Assembly: GCA_963674865.2 (NCBI GenBank)
Contig: CAXXYE010000009.1
Location: 64,001-128,000 of the forward strand
Origin: Candidatus Hydrogenedentota bacterium
GTDB lineage: Bacteria; Hydrogenedentota; Hydrogenedentia; Hydrogenedentales; SLHB01
Length of the DNA stretch: 64,000 nucleotides
Direction: 5' to 3'
Under the pieces are notes generated by a model. It saw nothing but the letters and a program-made list of their open reading frames with translations. It was not told the origin of the DNA and made no database searches. Positions within the stretch are counted from its first letter, which is position 1. The number at the start of each line of letters is the position of its first letter. The position numbers and the translations under genes are program-made. Of this stretch, positions 1-9,802 are shown in pieces.

Positions 1-447
1 AGGCCGCAGGGACTTCGTCAGGATGGTGTACGATGAGACGCGGACGCTGATCTCCCCGCGCCGCGTGCGGAACACAGGCCCCTCCACACCGACAAAATCG
101 CCGATATCCAGGTCCTTCAACTGATCGAAGGCGTCCTCGCCGAGGTCATTCTTGCGGAGGAAAAGCTGTATTCGGGCGGCGCCGTCACGGAGATCGGCAA
201 AAGCGACCTTTCCTTGATCCCGGAAGGCGACGAGGCGTCCGGCGAGCCGCACGGGAGGCAGGTCCAAGTCCTGGGACTCGGACGCCGCAGCCTCCGCTTC
301 TTCAAAGGCCGCGCGAGCTTCGGCGACAGTACACGAGCGCTCGAAGATATACTTGAAGGGCACATCGCCGCGCTCGCGAATACGCGCGAGTTTGTCGAGC
401 CGATGCTGAATCAGGTCGGTTTCGGTATGGTGATATTCTTGCTCCAT
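1..447 (-). CDS. lysS: Lysine--tRNA ligase, N-terminal part (runs off window start)
   Basis: Not in the ORF track. Manual translation from ATG 447 gives MEQEYHHTETDLIQHRLDKLARIRERG...VRLAGRLVAFRDQGKVAFADLRDG...LDIGDFVGVEGPVFRTRRGEISV...LTKSLRP, the class II LysRS anticodon-binding OB fold. It lies directly downstream of prfB, a common gene order. Confidence 0.95.
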   Translation of the reverse strand, partial: MEQEYHHTETDLIQHRLDKLARIRERGDVPFKYIFERSCTVAEARAAFEEAEAAASESQDLDLPPVRLAGRLVAFRDQGKVAFADLRDGAARIQLFLRKNDLGEDAFDQLKDLDIGDFVGVEGPVFRTRRGEISVRVSSYTILTKSLRP

Positions 448-452
448 GCTGT

Positions 453-1565
453 CTATTTGTGGCCTTTCCTCTCCAGATTCCACTTGAGATAGGCTTCAAT
501 GAAAAGGTCAATGTCGCCGTCCAACACCCGATCTACATTGCTGGTTTCCGCGTTGGTTCGATGATCCTTGATCATCTGATAAGGCTGGAGGACGTAGCTG
601 CGGATTTGGCTGCCCCAGGCGACGTCCTGCTGCTCCTCACGCTGGGCGGCCAAATCGGCCTCTTGCTTCCTCAGTTCGAGGTCGTAGAGTTTCGCACGCA
701 GGAATTGGAGCGCGACGGCCCGGTTGCGGTGCTGTGAACGCTCGACCTGGCAGGCGACGACAATGCCTGTGGGGAGGTGGGTAAGGCGGACGGCGGAACT
801 GGTCTTGTTGACCTTCTGGCCGCCATGCCCGCTGGCCCGGTAGACATCCATCTTGATGTCTTCATCGCGCACCTCGATCTCGATATCCTCATCAACCTCG
901 GTGAGCACCTCAATGGCCGCGAATGATGTGTGGCGGCGGCGAGAGGCATCGAAGGGGGAGATGCGGACGAGCCGGTGGACGCCGGATTCGGACTTCAGAT
1001 GGCCGTAGGCGAATGGCCCGCTCACGGTGATGGTGGCGCTCTTGAGCCCGGCCTCATCGCCCGGTTGGTACTCCACCACCTCGACGGCGTATTCGTTGCT
1101 CTCACACCAGCGCAGTATCATACGGAAAAGCATCTCGGCCCAGTCACAGGACTCCGTGCCGCCGGCGCCGGGATGGATGCTGAGGATGACGTTCTTCTCG
1201 TCTCGCGGGTCGCAGAACAAGCTGTTGAGTTCGAGGCGTGAGAGCTTCTCGTCGAGCCCTTTCGCAAGCTCGACGATCTCGTTCTTCATGGACGGGTCGC
1301 CTTCTTCCTGAGCAAGTTCAACAAGGACGACGGCGTCCTCTATCTCGCGTCCCAATTCATCCGGCGCGGCCACCAGCCCTTTGAAGCTCTTGAGCTTTTG
1401 GACAGTCTTCTGGGCCGAGTCCGGATCATCCCAGAATCCGGGGGCGCTCATTATCGTCTCGAGATCGCGGATCTGCGCCTTGGCGCCCTCGACGTTCAGA
1501 CAGGCGCGAAGTTCTTTCAGGCGCGCTTCGAAGGCCCGGATACTTTCGGCTTCTTCCTCGTACAT
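453..1565 (-). CDS. prfB: Peptide chain release factor 2 (uninterrupted ORF)
   Basis: GGQ motif (ASGHGGQKVNKT), SPF tripeptide (RISPFD), WGSQIRSYVLQPY. Confidence 0.97.
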   Translation of the reverse strand: MYEEEAESIRAFEARLKELRACLNVEGAKAQIRDLETIMSAPGFWDDPDSAQKTVQKLKSFKGLVAAPDELGREIEDAVVLVELAQEEGDPSMKNEIVELAKGLDEKLSRLELNSLFCDPRDEKNVILSIHPGAGGTESCDWAEMLFRMILRWCESNEYAVEVVEYQPGDEAGLKSATITVSGPFAYGHLKSESGVHRLVRISPFDASRRRHTSFAAIEVLTEVDEDIEIEVRDEDIKMDVYRASGHGGQKVNKTSSAVRLTHLPTGIVVACQVERSQHRNRAVALQFLRAKLYDLELRKQEADLAAQREEQQDVAWGSQIRSYVLQPYQMIKDHRTNAETSNVDRVLDGDIDLFIEAYLKWNLERKGHK

Positions 1566-1594
1566 CGCGTTTGCTAATGCTCCTGCGGCCGCTC

Positions 1595-2431
1595 TTAAGA
1601 CTGAATGAGCGGCGTGACAATATAGTACAAGACGGGCGCGGCGAAGAGTAAACCATCGCAGCGGTCCAGGACGCCGCCGTGCCCTGGGAAGACAATGCCC
1701 GAGTCCTTCACACCTGCGTCACGCTTCAGGCAGGACTCCGCCAAGTCCCCGATCTGAGCGGTAATGGAAAGGATGGCGCCGGCTTGTATGAAGCGGGCGA
1801 CGGGCCAGTCGGGCAGGATGCTCCATCCATACACGCGCCGGAGCCAGTAGAGGCCGACCATTCCCGCCAATGCCGCCGCGAATCCCGCAAGAGCCCCTTC
1901 CCAGGTCTTGTTGGGACTGACTTTGGGCGCGAGCTTGTGCCGCCCGATGACGGAGCCCGCGAGGTAGGCGCAGCAATCCGTTAGAGGGACAACGACAAAG
2001 AGGATGGTGACAAGCGCCGGGCCGTCTCCCGGGACACTTCGCAGCATGAGAATATGCGCGCTCAGCCATCCCACGTAGAACACGCCGAAAGCGGAACTCG
2101 CCAGGCCGGCTACGGAATGCTGTCCGCGCACAATGTGCAACGCGGATACGAGCAGGCAAGCCCCGTACAACACCAAATTCGTGGCGACGGGATTCCCGCA
2201 GTGGCCGGAAAGAGCCACCAACGTACCGGACAGGATGCCGCCGATGGTTTCGGGAGAGATCTCACGTGCCCGCACGATGGCGTAGTATTCGTAAAGGCCG
2301 ATGGCGACGTAGAATCCGATGAATAGGGTGAAGCCCACGCGCAACGCGGGAATCCAAGCCAAGGCCATGACGCAAGGCAACGCCACGAAGGCCGTGACAG
2401 CGCGGAGGAGGAGTGAGCCGGGCCTCTTCAT
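1595..2431 (-). CDS. cdsA: Phosphatidate cytidylyltransferase
   Basis: SPNKTWEG and GDLAESCLKRDAGVKDSG..FPGHGGVLDRCD motifs; hydrophobic; follows uppS. Confidence 0.95.
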   Translation of the reverse strand: MKRPGSLLLRAVTAFVALPCVMALAWIPALRVGFTLFIGFYVAIGLYEYYAIVRAREISPETIGGILSGTLVALSGHCGNPVATNLVLYGACLLVSALHIVRGQHSVAGLASSAFGVFYVGWLSAHILMLRSVPGDGPALVTILFVVVPLTDCCAYLAGSVIGRHKLAPKVSPNKTWEGALAGFAAALAGMVGLYWLRRVYGWSILPDWPVARFIQAGAILSITAQIGDLAESCLKRDAGVKDSGIVFPGHGGVLDRCDGLLFAAPVLYYIVTPLIQS

Positions 2432-2436
2432 CGCGG

Positions 2437-3162
2437 CTACCGCCCGCCGAATCGTCTATGCCGCGCCTGATACTCAGCGATGGCCTTATAGAGGTGCCGC
2501 TTCCGAAAGTCAGGCCAAAGCGTCGGCGTTATCACGATCTCAGCATAGGAGAGTTGCCAAAGCATGAAATTGCTCAGACGCATTTCGCCGCTGGTTCGGA
2601 TAAGCAAGTCGAGTTCCGGCAGCTCGGGCACGTAGAGGCGCTGGGCGATGCTGGCCTCGTCGATGTCGTCAACATCGAGCGTTCCCGCTTGAACATCTCG
2701 GGCGACAGCCTTGGCTGCGTCGGCTATCTCCGTGCGGGCGCCATAATTGATGGCGATATTGAGGATCATGGACTTGTTATTGGCCGTAAGACTCATGCAG
2801 CGGTTCAGGTCCTTGATGACTCTCGTTGACAAGTCCTCCATGCGCCCCATGATCGTGCAGCGAATATCCTGCCTGTGGATACTGTCAAGTTCGCGCTCGA
2901 TATACAGGGAAAGCAAGCGGAACAGCGCGGAGACTTCATACTTGGGCCTGCGCCAGTTCTCGGTGGAGAAGGCATAGAGCGTCAGGGCGTCGATCCCCCC
3001 CAATTCCCGGCACGCCTCTACGATGGCACGAACACTTTCGGCCCCGGCCTCATGGCCTGCGGTCCGGCTCACGCCATGCCTCTCCGCCCACCGCCCGTTG
3101 CCGTCCATGATGACAGCGATGTGCCGCGGAAGATGCTCCATATCGATATCCGGCAATGACAT
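2437..3162 (-). CDS. uppS: Isoprenyl transferase / undecaprenyl diphosphate synthase
   Basis: HIAVIMDGNGRWA, FSTENWRRP, IRTSGEMRLSNFMLWQ. Start taken at ATG 3162; the TTG at 3192 is an alternative. Confidence 0.95.
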   Translation of the reverse strand: MSLPDIDMEHLPRHIAVIMDGNGRWAERHGVSRTAGHEAGAESVRAIVEACRELGGIDALTLYAFSTENWRRPKYEVSALFRLLSLYIERELDSIHRQDIRCTIMGRMEDLSTRVIKDLNRCMSLTANNKSMILNIAINYGARTEIADAAKAVARDVQAGTLDVDDIDEASIAQRLYVPELPELDLLIRTSGEMRLSNFMLWQLSYAEIVITPTLWPDFRKRHLYKAIAEYQARHRRFGGR

Positions 3163-3226
3163 AAGCTTTGTACTCGGGGAGCGCCCCACCAAGACCTATC
3201 GGCCGCTACGGCCCGGCCCCTTCGAC

Positions 3227-3269
3227 AAGAAAACCGCGGGGCCTGTGCTCGTGGCGTCCGACTCCGCGG
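3227..3269 (-). terminator. Possible intrinsic terminator after frr
   Basis: Minus strand reads CCGCGGAGTC-loop-GGCCCCGCGG followed by TTTTCTT. The stem is imperfect and the loop is large. Confidence 0.35.
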
Positions 3270-3310
3270 CCTAAGGTGACTTCAGCTCGGACGGGCCTTC
3301 GACAAGACGC

Positions 3311-3868
3311 TCAGACCTCCATGATCTCGGCTTCTTTGGCCTTGAGCGCTTCATCGACCTTGCCGCAGTATTCGTCGGTAATCCGCTGGACCTCGGCACT
3401 CAGCTTGTGGGCGTCGTCCTCGGGGATATCGCCATCCTTCTGACTCTTCTTGATCTCGTCTACGGCGTGGCGGCGCACGTTTCGGATGGCGATCTTTGTC
3501 TCCTCGGCGGCTTTACCCACAACCTTGACAAGATCCTTCCGCCGTTCTTCCGTTAAGGAAGGAATGGGGATTCGGATCACCTTGCCGTCGTTGGATGGCG
3601 TCAGGTCGAGGGGGGAAGCCAGAATCGCCTTCTCGATAGCCTTCATCTGCGACTTGTCCCACGGAGCAACAATCAGCAGGCGGGCTTCAGGCGCTGTCAC
3701 ATTGGCAACCTGGTTAAGCTTCATCGCGGAGCCGTAGGCTTCCACCTCTATCCCGTCCAGCAGCCCGACCGACGCACGGCCAGTTCGTATGGACGTCAGC
3801 TCCTGTTTGAAGGCATCGAGGCTTTTCTCCATCTTCGCCTTAGCTTCCCGCTCGGACGCGTGCGACAT
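3311..3868 (-). CDS. frr: Ribosome recycling factor
   Basis: IRTGRAS, PSLTEERRKDLVK, IRNVRR; 185 aa; pyrH-frr-uppS order. Confidence 0.97.
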   Translation of the reverse strand: MSHASEREAKAKMEKSLDAFKQELTSIRTGRASVGLLDGIEVEAYGSAMKLNQVANVTAPEARLLIVAPWDKSQMKAIEKAILASPLDLTPSNDGKVIRIPIPSLTEERRKDLVKVVGKAAEETKIAIRNVRRHAVDEIKKSQKDGDIPEDDAHKLSAEVQRITDEYCGKVDEALKAKEAEIMEV

Positions 3869-4591
3869 CTACTTGTCTCCTTTCACGATCGTTCCGATTG
3901 GCTCACCCTGCAGTGCCTTAATAATACTGCCGGGACTGCGCAAATTAAAGACGAGTATGGGTAGGCCATTGTCCCGGCAGAGCGAGAGGGCGGCGGCGTC
4001 CATGACCCGGAGATCCTTCGCCAAGGCCATCGTATACGTCAGCTCCTCGTAGCGAACGGCATCGTGGTTCACGGCGGGGTCGCTATCGTAAACGCCGTCC
4101 ACCTTGGTGGCCTTGAAGAGGGCCTGCGCGCCTATCTCCGTGGCGCGCAACGCGGCGGCTGTATCCGTCGTGAAGAAAGGGTTGCCCGTTCCCGCGCCGA
4201 AAATGACGACGCGCCCCTTTTCAAGATGGCGGATGGCCCGTCGACGAATATACGGCTCAGCGAGAGGACGCATCTCGATGGCGGTCATCACGCGCGTTGC
4301 CACTTCCTTCCGCTCGAGCATCGCCTGTAAGGCGAGCGAGTTGATCACGGTGGCCAGCATACCGATGTAGTCCCCGGTAGCGCGGTCAATACCTGTTTCG
4401 GCGCCCTCGATGCCCCGGAAGATGTTGCCGCCGCCGACCACCACACCGACGTCCACGTTCATGCGGCGTATCGAGGCTATATCGTCGCACAGGCACCCCA
4501 GCGTGGGCCAGTCAATTCCCCGGGAACCGCTGCCTCGCAGGGCCTCACCGCTTACCTTGAGAACGATACGGTCGTAGACAGGTGCTCCCAA
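3869..4591 (-). CDS. pyrH: UMP kinase
   Basis: [44 protein letters not shown]. Confidence 0.97.
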   Translation of the reverse strand: MGAPVYDRIVLKVSGEALRGSGSRGIDWPTLGCLCDDIASIRRMNVDVGVVVGGGNIFRGIEGAETGIDRATGDYIGMLATVINSLALQAMLERKEVATRVMTAIEMRPLAEPYIRRRAIRHLEKGRVVIFGAGTGNPFFTTDTAAALRATEIGAQALFKATKVDGVYDSDPAVNHDAVRYEELTYTMALAKDLRVMDAAALSLCRDNGLPILVFNLRSPGSIIKALQGEPIGTIVKGDK

Positions 4592-4645
4592 CCTGTTGCT
4601 CTCCTTGCAGTTCCCGAGGATTCACGCCCGACGCAACCGCGTCTG

Positions 4646-5248
4646 CTACGAAAGATCCTCGCCGCGCTCAAACCGGACAAACCGGCGAACGACGATGTTT
4701 TCTCCCAACTTGCCGCTGAGTTCCTTTGTCAAGTCCGTGATGGTCGTGTCGGGATTCTTGACGAACGCCTGTTCCATGAGACAAACCTGGGAATACCACT
4801 TCTTCAGTTTGCCCTCGGCGATCTTCTCGCTAACATTCGCGGGCTTGCCCATGTCGACGGCCTGCTTCGTGTAGAGGTCGCGTTCCGCGCTGACGGCCGC
4901 TTCCGGAACGTCTTCCTGGGCCACCCACAGAGGCGCAGCCGAGCAAACTTGGAGGCACACGTCCCTGCAGAATGCTTGGAATTCGTCGCATCGGGCCACG
5001 AAATCGGTTTCGCAGTTCACTTCCACAAGCACGCCGATGCGCCCTCCCATGTGGACGTACGACGCCACGGCGCCTTCACTTGCCGCACGGTCGGCCCGCT
5101 TGGCCGCAGCCGCGAGATTCTTCTCCCGAAGCCATTGAACGGCCTTCTCGAAATCGCCGGTTGTCTCCGTTAGCGCCTTCTTGCAGTCCATCATGCCCGC
5201 GTTTGTCGCGTCTCGCAAGGCTTTGACATCCTTGGCTGTAAATGCCAT
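4646..5248 (-). CDS. tsf: Elongation factor Ts (short ~200-aa type)
   Basis: [38 protein letters not shown] Shine-Dalgarno upstream of ATG 5248. Confidence 0.96.
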   Translation of the reverse strand: MAFTAKDVKALRDATNAGMMDCKKALTETTGDFEKAVQWLREKNLAAAAKRADRAASEGAVASYVHMGGRIGVLVEVNCETDFVARCDEFQAFCRDVCLQVCSAAPLWVAQEDVPEAAVSAERDLYTKQAVDMGKPANVSEKIAEGKLKKWYSQVCLMEQAFVKNPDTTITDLTKELSGKLGENIVVRRFVRFERGEDLS

Positions 5249-5263
5249 TACTGAATACACTCC

Positions 5264-6127
5264 TTATTGCTCAGTACCATCGGTTTCGGCTGCGCTGTCC
5301 GCGACGGCGGCCTCAGTGACCTCCACCGCCGGGGCTTCATCGGCAACGGGCTGCGGTTTAACCGGCTCGTCGACCTGCTTGCTCGAGGCCACAGGTTCCT
5401 TCCGGGGGGCGGGGGCGGCAGGTTCATCGGCGCGCACCTTCTCCGCACGCATCCGCCCCTCCATCACAGCATCCGCCATGAGTTTGCAGAAGAGGTTCAC
5501 GGCGCGAATGGCGTCGTCGTTGCCGGGAATCGGAAGGGACACCGCATCCGGGTCGCAGTTGGTGTCCACGATGCCTACGCTCTCGATCTCAAGGCGCTTG
5601 GCTTCACGCACGGCTATGGCCTCTTTCTTGGCATCAATGACGAACATCACCTGAGGCACGCGGCCCATCTTCTTGATGCCGCAGAGGTTAGCGTCGAGCT
5701 TTTCCCGTTCCTTGCGCAGCTTGATAGCTTCCTTCTTCGTGTATTGCTCAATTTTCCCGCTCTCCTCGAGCTCCTCGAGGTCAAGAAGGCGCTGAATGCT
5801 CTTGCAGATCGTTTCCCAGTTGGTGAGCGTGCCGCCAAGCCACCGGTTGTTGACGTAGAACATCCCACAACGTTGTGCTTCACGCGCGATGGCCTCTTGA
5901 GCCTGACGCTTCGTGCCGACAAAGAGCACGGCGCCACCCTTGGCAACGGTGTCCCGCACGCAGGCGTAGGCCCTGAGCAGTTGACGCATGGTCCGCTGCA
6001 AGTCAATGATATACACGCCGTTACGCTGGCCGAAGATGTAGGGCGCCATTTTCGGATTCCAACGGCGGGTTTGATGGCCGAAATGGATCCCGGCCTCGAG
6101 AAGTTGACGCATGGTAATTGGGGGCAT
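5264..6127 (-). CDS. rpsB: 30S ribosomal protein S2
   Basis: [36 protein letters not shown]; start at ATG 6127 after GGGAG; acidic low-complexity C-terminal tail. Confidence 0.97.
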   Translation of the reverse strand: MPPITMRQLLEAGIHFGHQTRRWNPKMAPYIFGQRNGVYIIDLQRTMRQLLRAYACVRDTVAKGGAVLFVGTKRQAQEAIAREAQRCGMFYVNNRWLGGTLTNWETICKSIQRLLDLEELEESGKIEQYTKKEAIKLRKEREKLDANLCGIKKMGRVPQVMFVIDAKKEAIAVREAKRLEIESVGIVDTNCDPDAVSLPIPGNDDAIRAVNLFCKLMADAVMEGRMRAEKVRADEPAAPAPRKEPVASSKQVDEPVKPQPVADEAPAVEVTEAAVADSAAETDGTEQ

Positions 6128-6129
6128 TG

Positions 6130-6222
6130 AAGATCTCCCTTGGGTTAGTCCTTGGAGCCCTTGCGACAGACCCGGCCACATGGCCAGGCACCCAGGCCGT
6201 CATAAGGCGTGGGCTCCTGTGA
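6130..6222 (-). promoter_or_regulatory. Putative ribosomal protein S2 autoregulatory leader RNA
   Basis: Perfect 7-bp outer stem GGAGCCC (6217-6211) / GGGCTCC (6160-6154) with inner stems, a GGGTGCC bulge and downstream TAACCC. This resembles the rpsB leader pseudoknot layout. Confidence 0.6.
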
Positions 6223-6408
6223 ATTGCAAAACCGGTAGACAATAGCATACGGCCGTGGTTTCGCGCAAACCAAGGCGAGACAGTGCAATATGCCTGACGA
6301 CGGACATCGGCCAAGTGTCGCCCATCAGGTCGCTTTGAAGTCCTCCGCCGGTATTGTTAGACTCACTTGGCCGGGAGGGAGTGGCACCTGAGAATGCGGA
6401 GGCAGGCA

Positions 6409-7233
6409 ATGGCTGCGTGCGAGATCCGTATGCCGGCCGCGGCAGGCACGTTCTATCCGGAGGATCCCGAGCAACTTCGCGATGTGGTTGAGGAGTATAT
6501 CAACGCCTCCAAACTCAAACCGGCAGGCAGGCGGGTGCAGGCCGTGGTCACCCCTCATTCGCCATACGACTATGCCGGCAGAACGGCCGGCTTCGCTTAT
6601 GCACGTGTTAGAAAGAAAAGGCCCTCCCGCGTGATCCTCATCGGCTGTTCGCATCACTGCGACTTCCCGCACGCTTCCGTGTGCATGTGCGGCCGTTTTG
6701 ACGTGCCCCTTGGCATGTTTCCCGTAGATGAGCCATTTGCGGCCGAACTCGCGGGCCTTGTTGAGACATCCTCGCCGGAATCCCACATCCCTGAACATTG
6801 CCTTGAAATCCAACTGCCCTTCCTCGCCGTGGCGCTGGGCGAAGTGCCGATTGTCCCCGTGCTGCTTGGCGCGGCGGCGCCGGAGTGGCATGCGAACCTG
6901 GGCAAGCTGCTCGCGTCGATGGCCGATGAAGACGATCTGTTGGTTGCCACAACAGACTGGTCGCACGACCTCGACGAAGAGACTACCAACCGCGTGGACA
7001 TGACCTCGCTTGCGACGCTGCTCACGCAAGACTGGGAAAACCTCGCGAGGGGCCTAGCGGCGGGCAAGTGCTCCATGTGCGCCGGCGGAGCGCTCATTGC
7101 CGCCATGGCCTTCGCCAGGGCACGCGATGTGAAGAATTGGACGCTGCTGGACTACGCTACGTCGGCCCATGCCACGCGCGATTACGAACACGTGGTGAGT
7201 TTCGCCGCAATCTCGATGGAACGTGAATCATGA
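6409..7233 (+). CDS. MEMO1 / AmmeMemoRadiSam system protein B family
   Basis: RMPAAAGTFYP, TPHSPY, GCSHH, EHCLEIQLPFL, TTDWSH, SMCAG, YATS; GGAGG upstream of ATG 6409. Confidence 0.85.
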   Translation: MAACEIRMPAAAGTFYPEDPEQLRDVVEEYINASKLKPAGRRVQAVVTPHSPYDYAGRTAGFAYARVRKKRPSRVILIGCSHHCDFPHASVCMCGRFDVPLGMFPVDEPFAAELAGLVETSSPESHIPEHCLEIQLPFLAVALGEVPIVPVLLGAAAPEWHANLGKLLASMADEDDLLVATTDWSHDLDEETTNRVDMTSLATLLTQDWENLARGLAAGKCSMCAGGALIAAMAFARARDVKNWTLLDYATSAHATRDYEHVVSFAAISMERES

Positions 7234-8330
7234 CGGTGCACGACATCTGCGACGCCCTGGACGCCCTTGCCCCGCCGGCCCTGGCGTATGAGTGGGACAG
7301 GTCCGGACTGGCCATCGGGAATCCCGCTACCGAGGTCACGCGGGTACTCATCGCCCTAACGGTAACGCGCCGAGCCTTTCAGGCGGCACGACGGGCCCGA
7401 GCGCAGATGATAGTATCCCATCACCCTCCTATCTGGGAGCCGCTGCGCGCGTTACGCACCGATGATCCCGGCATACGGCTTTGCACCGATATCGCCGCCG
7501 CGGGGATGGCCGCTTACGCGGCGCATACCAACCTTGACCTCGCACCGGGCGGTGTAAACGACGTACTCGCCGAAAGACTGGGACTGGCCGCCCCGGAACC
7601 ACTGCTGCCCGCGCCCCACGTAAATTGGCTGAAACTGGTTGCCTTTGTCCCGGAATCGCACGCGGGCGCGATGCGCCAAGCCGTATGCGATGCAGGCGCC
7701 GGACAACTGGGCGAGTATACGCATTGCACCTTCAGTGCGTCCGGAACCGGCACGTTCTTGCCCGGATCCAAAGCACATCCCTACGCCGGCCGGAAGGGCC
7801 GGCTCAGTGAGGTGCCGGAACTTCGATTTGAGACGCTCGTGCCGGAGCACCTGATAGAGCCGGTACTAAGCGCTCTGAAGTCGGTCCACCCGTACGAGGA
7901 GCCGGCGTACGATATCATCGCCCTGAAGAACCTTCACCATGCCGTGGGACTCGGTGTCCGGGGAACACTAGACGTCTCAATGAAACTGGACGACTTCGCC
8001 CGCCGTGTTCGCCGTGCCCTCGCCGTGTCGCACGTCCGCGTGGCAGGCGCCCTCCGAAAGCGAATCAAGAGCGTCGCCGTGATCGGAGGGGCCGGCGCGA
8101 AAGAGGCCGCTCGCCTATCATCTGATGTTGACGTCCTCGTCACGGGCGACGTCGGATATCACGATGTCCTCGCGGCCCAACAACGGGATCTTGCCATCAT
8201 CGACGCGGGACACGCCGGAACCGAGAAGTGGATTGTGCCGCATCTCGCGGCATGCCTCCGAAAGAAACTCGGGGCGATCAAGATCTCAACCTACGCGGAA
8301 CCTGAGACGTTCCAAGTAGTCCAGGATTAG
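7230..8330 (+). CDS. Nif3-like dinuclear metal-centre protein (long form with PII-like insert)
   Basis: WDRSGL, SHHP, AHTNLD, KLVAFVP...HPYEEPAYD insert, TGDVGYH, DAGHAGTE. Confidence 0.9.
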   Translation: MTVHDICDALDALAPPALAYEWDRSGLAIGNPATEVTRVLIALTVTRRAFQAARRARAQMIVSHHPPIWEPLRALRTDDPGIRLCTDIAAAGMAAYAAHTNLDLAPGGVNDVLAERLGLAAPEPLLPAPHVNWLKLVAFVPESHAGAMRQAVCDAGAGQLGEYTHCTFSASGTGTFLPGSKAHPYAGRKGRLSEVPELRFETLVPEHLIEPVLSALKSVHPYEEPAYDIIALKNLHHAVGLGVRGTLDVSMKLDDFARRVRRALAVSHVRVAGALRKRIKSVAVIGGAGAKEAARLSSDVDVLVTGDVGYHDVLAAQQRDLAIIDAGHAGTEKWIVPHLAACLRKKLGAIKISTYAEPETFQVVQD

Positions 8331-8338
8331 TCGGCGCC

Positions 8339-9802
8339 GTGACTACGCCGCTCAAAATCCTCTACATGACGGCAGAACTGGCGCCACTCGTCTCGACGGG
8401 CGGCCTGGGCGAGGTGGCCCGCGCTTTGCCTCGAGCGCTGCAGGCTCAGGGGCATGATGTCCGGATTGCCCTGCCTTGTTACCGCCGCGTGCGGCCCCCA
8501 TACCGCGGCCACCAGTTCTGCGTGTGCACCGGCTTCGTCGGCGGCCGCGCAGTTCACGGGGCCCTTCGGATTGCCCGAACACCGGACTCAGGCATACCTC
8601 TGTACCTGGTGGAGCATAACGGCTATTTCGACCGCGAGCATCCCTACGGCCCAGGCGGCTACGAATACGATGACGCCCTCGAACGCTTTGCCTTCTTCAC
8701 ACAAGCCGCGTTGCATGGGATGTTGCAGACGGGCTGGGCGCCGGACATCATCCACTGCAATGATTGGCACACGGCCCTCGCTCCCGCTTACCTCAAGGCC
8801 GGATGGCCCACGGCCGACTGGCGAAGCCTGCCGACGCTCTTCACCATCCACAATCTGGCCTACCAGGGAGATTACCCGGAGGAGCGTTTCGAGCAAACCG
8901 GGTTGAGCGCCCAGTGGTTCACTCCGGAGGGACTCGGACTGCGGGGCCGCGTCAACACTATGAGCGCGGCGCTGCGGCTCGCCACTAAGCTCAACACCGT
9001 CAGCCCCCGCTACGCCCGGGAAATACAAACACCCCAGTTCGGCTGCGGCCTGGAGACTATGTTGAAGACGCGCGCCAAGGACCTCGCGGGCATCCTCAAT
9101 GGCGTTGATTACACACTGTGGAATCCCTCCTTCGACCACTGCATCGCGCGGCCTTACACAGCGGAGGACCTCGCCGGAAAAGCCGCGTGCAAGGAGGCCC
9201 TCCAACACATGGCGGGTTTCCAGAAACGAAAAGCCCCCCTATTCATCATGGTTTCGCGCCTCGAGGAACAGAAGGGCGTCGATCTACTCATTAGGGCCCT
9301 TGACAGCATGCTTCGCCAGGACATCCAGTTGGTGGTTCTGGGCCGTGGGAATGGCGACTTGGCGGAAGCCTGTGCCAAGACGGCAAGTCTCTATCCACAA
9401 AAGATGTGCTTCTTCGACAGATACGATCCCGCCCTGAGTCATGCCATGTACGCCGGCGCCGATTTCATGCTCATGCCCTCCCGGTTTGAGCCATGTGGCT
9501 TGGGGCAATTGTATGCCCTTGCATATGGGGCCGTGCCGATTGTGCGCAGAACCGGCGGCTTGGCGGATACCGTGCGCCATCTCACCACGGCCAATCTGGC
9601 CCGAGGCCGGGCCACCGGCATTGTCTTCGGCCCCGCGAATCCGACGGCCATCATCCGGGCCGTGACGCGCGCCCTCGCCGTGTATGAGGATCGCCCCATG
9701 CTGCACGACGTGCGGGTGGCTGGCATGAAAGAGGACTTCTCGTGGGAGCGCTCCGCACGCGCCTATGAACGCTTGTATCGAAAGGCCATCGGCAGTCCAT
9801 GA
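8339..9802 (+). CDS. glgA: Glycogen synthase (GT5)
   Basis: TGGLGEV, IHCNDWHT, FTIHNLAYQG, GILNGVDY, SRLEEQKG, MPSRFEPCGL, RRTGGLADTV. Confidence 0.92.
   Translation: MTTPLKILYMTAELAPLVSTGGLGEVARALPRALQAQGHDVRIALPCYRRVRPPYRGHQFCVCTGFVGGRAVHGALRIARTPDSGIPLYLVEHNGYFDREHPYGPGGYEYDDALERFAFFTQAALHGMLQTGWAPDIIHCNDWHTALAPAYLKAGWPTADWRSLPTLFTIHNLAYQGDYPEERFEQTGLSAQWFTPEGLGLRGRVNTMSAALRLATKLNTVSPRYAREIQTPQFGCGLETMLKTRAKDLAGILNGVDYTLWNPSFDHCIARPYTAEDLAGKAACKEALQHMAGFQKRKAPLFIMVSRLEEQKGVDLLIRALDSMLRQDIQLVVLGRGNGDLAEACAKTASLYPQKMCFFDRYDPALSHAMYAGADFMLMPSRFEPCGLGQLYALAYGAVPIVRRTGGLADTVRHLTTANLARGRATGIVFGPANPTAIIRAVTRALAVYEDRPMLHDVRVAGMKEDFSWERSARAYERLYRKAIGSP

Noticed and set aside
6409..7233. Complete AmmeMemoRadiSam system
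   Set aside because: Only the Memo-like B component is here; no AMMECR1-like or associated radical SAM gene is adjacent.
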